This document shows positions 61,131 through 64,000 of a DNA stretch of 64,000 nt, in pieces. The notes under the pieces are model-generated. The model saw nothing but the letters and a program-made list of their open reading frames with translations. It had not been told where the DNA came from and made no database searches. Numbering within the stretch: position 1 is the first letter of the stretch; every line of letters begins with the position of its first letter. Source of the DNA: Paraspadella gotoi (taxonomy: Eukaryota; Animalia; Chaetognatha). Where the stretch lies: positions 19,205,422-19,269,421 of the forward strand of contig CM119269.1 of assembly GCA_051294375.1 (NCBI GenBank), given 5' to 3'. The translations under genes and the position numbers were made by a program.

Positions 61131-62510
61131 TTCTATAAAGAATAAAAGACGGTATTTAAATGTATTGCATGTCAAACGCTGTGCATTACTTGGTCAGTGA
61201 ACACTCATGGTCACCCAGAAATACTCGGTGAAAGAAAAGCACTACTGCACAACACGTTGAAATTACCGTTTTCTGGTTTTTTTTGCATAATTACTTTTCC
61301 CCTATTTTTTTCCCAACTTTACTTTTACTTTCACTTCACACTTCCCTCCAAAAAGTTTTTGGAGTATGTACCTCGTAAGATACTTAATCATGGTTACATG
61401 GTTGGTTCTGAATTCTGACAATATTTTTTCCTCAAACGAAGACGATGATAACGACAATGCCGCGCCAACTAGTTTTGTTGAAAAGGAAATAGTTTAGATC
61501 ACAAATAAACTTCAGAATTTGGAGATCTGAGGCGACTTGTACCGTATTTCGTCTTCGACGGTAATACGTTGGTTCTATCTCTGTCTTCTTTTCTCGCTCC
61601 TTCTCTTGTTTATCAAAGACGGAAGAGCCTACCAACTCAATTATTGGCTGGTGTCTTTTTTAAAGGATAAGTAATCCCCTTCTTTGGTCAATTGACGTCC
61701 ACTTTGATGAGGCGCCATAAAAACACCATGAGATCCAAATATTTTCTTATGGGAAAAAAATCTTGTTCATGACTCAAATTTTGAACCAATTACGAGGGAG
61801 TATAAATTAAAAAAAAGATTTCTCACCCTCTCTTGCTTTCTTATTCTCTGTTTTTTTTCCTTTTTTTTTATTTTAAACCACTTGCTTACGTATCTTAAAA
61901 AAGAAGATCATACGCCCTGATTGAGAGAAAACGAAAAACGAAGTTCAGAAACTAGAACAGTAAATTTAACGATATTTACTTTCGTTTGTTTGTTGATCTC
62001 GTTTATATTTTCGATCAATTCGAGTGTGCCGATGGATCGNNNNNNNNNNNNNNNNNNNNNNNNNCGATGATCTTCTTTTTCCTTCATCTTTTCACAAAAT
62101 CGTGCACCCAACCTAATAAAGACTAGGGGGGGGTGTTTCGGAGGTTTAAAAAGGGTTCGAGGGAGTTCTCCCCTTTCGCAATCCTAGCTTCTTTGCCGAC
62201 GAAGCAAAATTCGCAACGTTAATGATAGCATCTCATTCATTAAAGAGCAAAGAGGAGGAGTGCAAAGGTCTATGCTGATTCGCCGAAACGAAATGACTCG
62301 TGATAGGTCGATTCAAGAGGTCCAATTCGCTGATGCCTTTTGGTTTCCTCGCGCGGTTTTTTTTATTTTTCACTCTTTATTGTCCAACCCGATCTATCCA
62401 TTTGCTTTAAAATTTGTTTGTTAATGTATTATGTTGCAGTTTCCGCAATTATGATTTTTTGAAGAATTATTATTGAAGTAATCCTTTCTTTTTCGTTGTT
62501 ACTATTAATT

Positions 62511-62684
62511 AGAGAATTGACAAAGTTTTTGTTTGCAACGAATTTTATTTATAGTTGAACAGACATGTTTCGACTTGTTTTACAAGTCTTCATCAGCGTT
62601 GATGAAGACTTGTAAAACAAGTCGAAACATGTCTGTTCAACTATAAATAAAATTCGTTGCAAACAAAAACTTTGTCAATTCTCT
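62511..62684. mobile_element. Perfect 174-bp palindrome made of two head-to-head hammerhead motifs (Penelope-type pLTR-like insertion)
   Basis: 85-bp arms (62511-62595 / 62600-62684) with a GCGT loop. Minus strand reads AACG-CTGATGA-A-GACTTGT-aaa-ACAAGTC-GAAA-CATG-TC/TGTT. Direct repeat TGAAGAATTATT at 62460-62471 and 62684-62695. Confidence 0.75.
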
Positions 62685-63503
62685 GAAGAATTATTTAAAA
62701 TTCCAGATTTTTAGTACTGTTAATCTTGAAATTTTCGTGAACAATTAACTCCCAAATCATGACGTCAAATAGTTGGGGGGGGGGAAATCGCTTTGACTCT
62801 GTGTTAAAAAAAGTGTCACCTTTTTTCGCTAATCAGTTTCGATCCGAGGTAATCAGTTATTATAAGTATAGTATAAGTATAGTATAATGCGATAACAACT
62901 ACGACAGTCATTGTAGCAGTTCCGTAAAAAATGTTAAAGCATAGTGATGTTATCTTTACAGCGTGAAACTATCATTGGTCGTTATCCTTTAACAAAGAAT
63001 CATTATAAGCTGAAGAAGANNNNNNNNNNNNNNNNNNNNNNNNNNNNNNNNNNNNNNNNNNNNNNNNNNNNNNNNNNNNNNNNNNNNNNNNNNNNNNNNN
63101 NNNNNNNNNNNNNNNNNNNNNNNNNNNNNNNNNNNNNNNNNNNNNNNNNNNNNNNNNNNNNNNNNNNNNNNNNNNNNNNNNNNNNNNNNNNNNNNNNNNN
63201 NNNNNNNNNCACCCACTCATTTCCATCTTCGTCACATGATAATTTTTTTCTCTCTTTTTTATCATGGCAATCACTTTTTTTTGTTCAAATATATGTGGCA
63301 ACAATTCTGCTTGACTTTTATCAGTAAAAAGTTAATCCATTGGTATTCTTGACATCAATTATTCACTACATCTTTTAGTAGAGTTTCTGTATGAGTTACG
63401 AAGGCAGTAAAAAGGAAAAAGGAAGATATATACCCTTTCGTGACTCATGATCTTTACAAGATTTAAAATTTAAAATTCCTCCATAAAAAAGTTTTTTATT
63501 CGT

Positions 63504-63607
<104 letters not shown>

Positions 63608-64000
63608 GGTCCCGCGCGGGGCTGCCAATGGCCCTGATTGGCTGACTTCGTGTCGAAGGCGGGACGTGAACTTTGAAATGTTATTCCTTGCGAGATAAAA
63701 TGACCAAATTATAAATGAAGACAAAATTGGAATCGGAGGCAAAGACGAAGAAAAAGAAATAAAAATAAATGAAGAAAATAAAATTTTAACCTGAAGGGAA
63801 AACAAAATGAAGAAATGCGGTTTACTCGTCGCAGATATTATCTGTTCTTCTCTCTCTACAATTTTTTTATTTAAGTTTTATTTAAATTTGTTGACGCGAA
63901 AGCGGTAAGTTTTTTTCGTTTGTTATGAACTATAAAATTGAATTAATTTGCGCTGTTACTTTACCCATTCGCCAGTTTCTTTATTAGAAAACAATCAAAA

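Noticed and set aside
62830-62860. Third hammerhead-like motif (minus strand CTGATTA..GAAAC)
   Set aside because: Lacks G8, a proper stem II and the palindromic stem III.

Overview
Eukaryotic (animal-like, invertebrate-type) genomic DNA with spliceosomal GT-AG introns, AT-rich introns, many (GA)n microsatellites and several N-gaps. The + strand carries part of a giant cysteine-rich repeat gene (CPxGxYC/CPxGxFC units, GCC2/GCC3 or ephrin-receptor-like type). I read 35 phase-compatible exons (~2,000 aa) from <1 to 52799; both ends of the gene are missing. Three consecutive introns of this host contain at least 7-8 genes, all on the - strand: a class A GPCR; a C-type-lectin-like gene; an NLR (acidic N-terminus, NACHT, LRR) with altered NTPase motifs; a TPR + degenerate SET gene; Cyp40/PPID, with an RGG-rich ORF inside one of its introns; an acidic repeat protein; and an SH3BGR-like gene. 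Non-coding signals are two minimal Penelope-type hammerhead ribozyme motifs (one in a perfect 174-bp palindrome with a candidate TSD and an apparent empty site), a tRNA-derived SINE-like element, and a ~260-nt structured RNA candidate with repeated GGAU(G) motifs. The region ~55-62.5 kb is a noisy direct plus inverted duplication, most likely an assembly or haplotype artefact. All coordinates were read by eye and may be off by a few nt.
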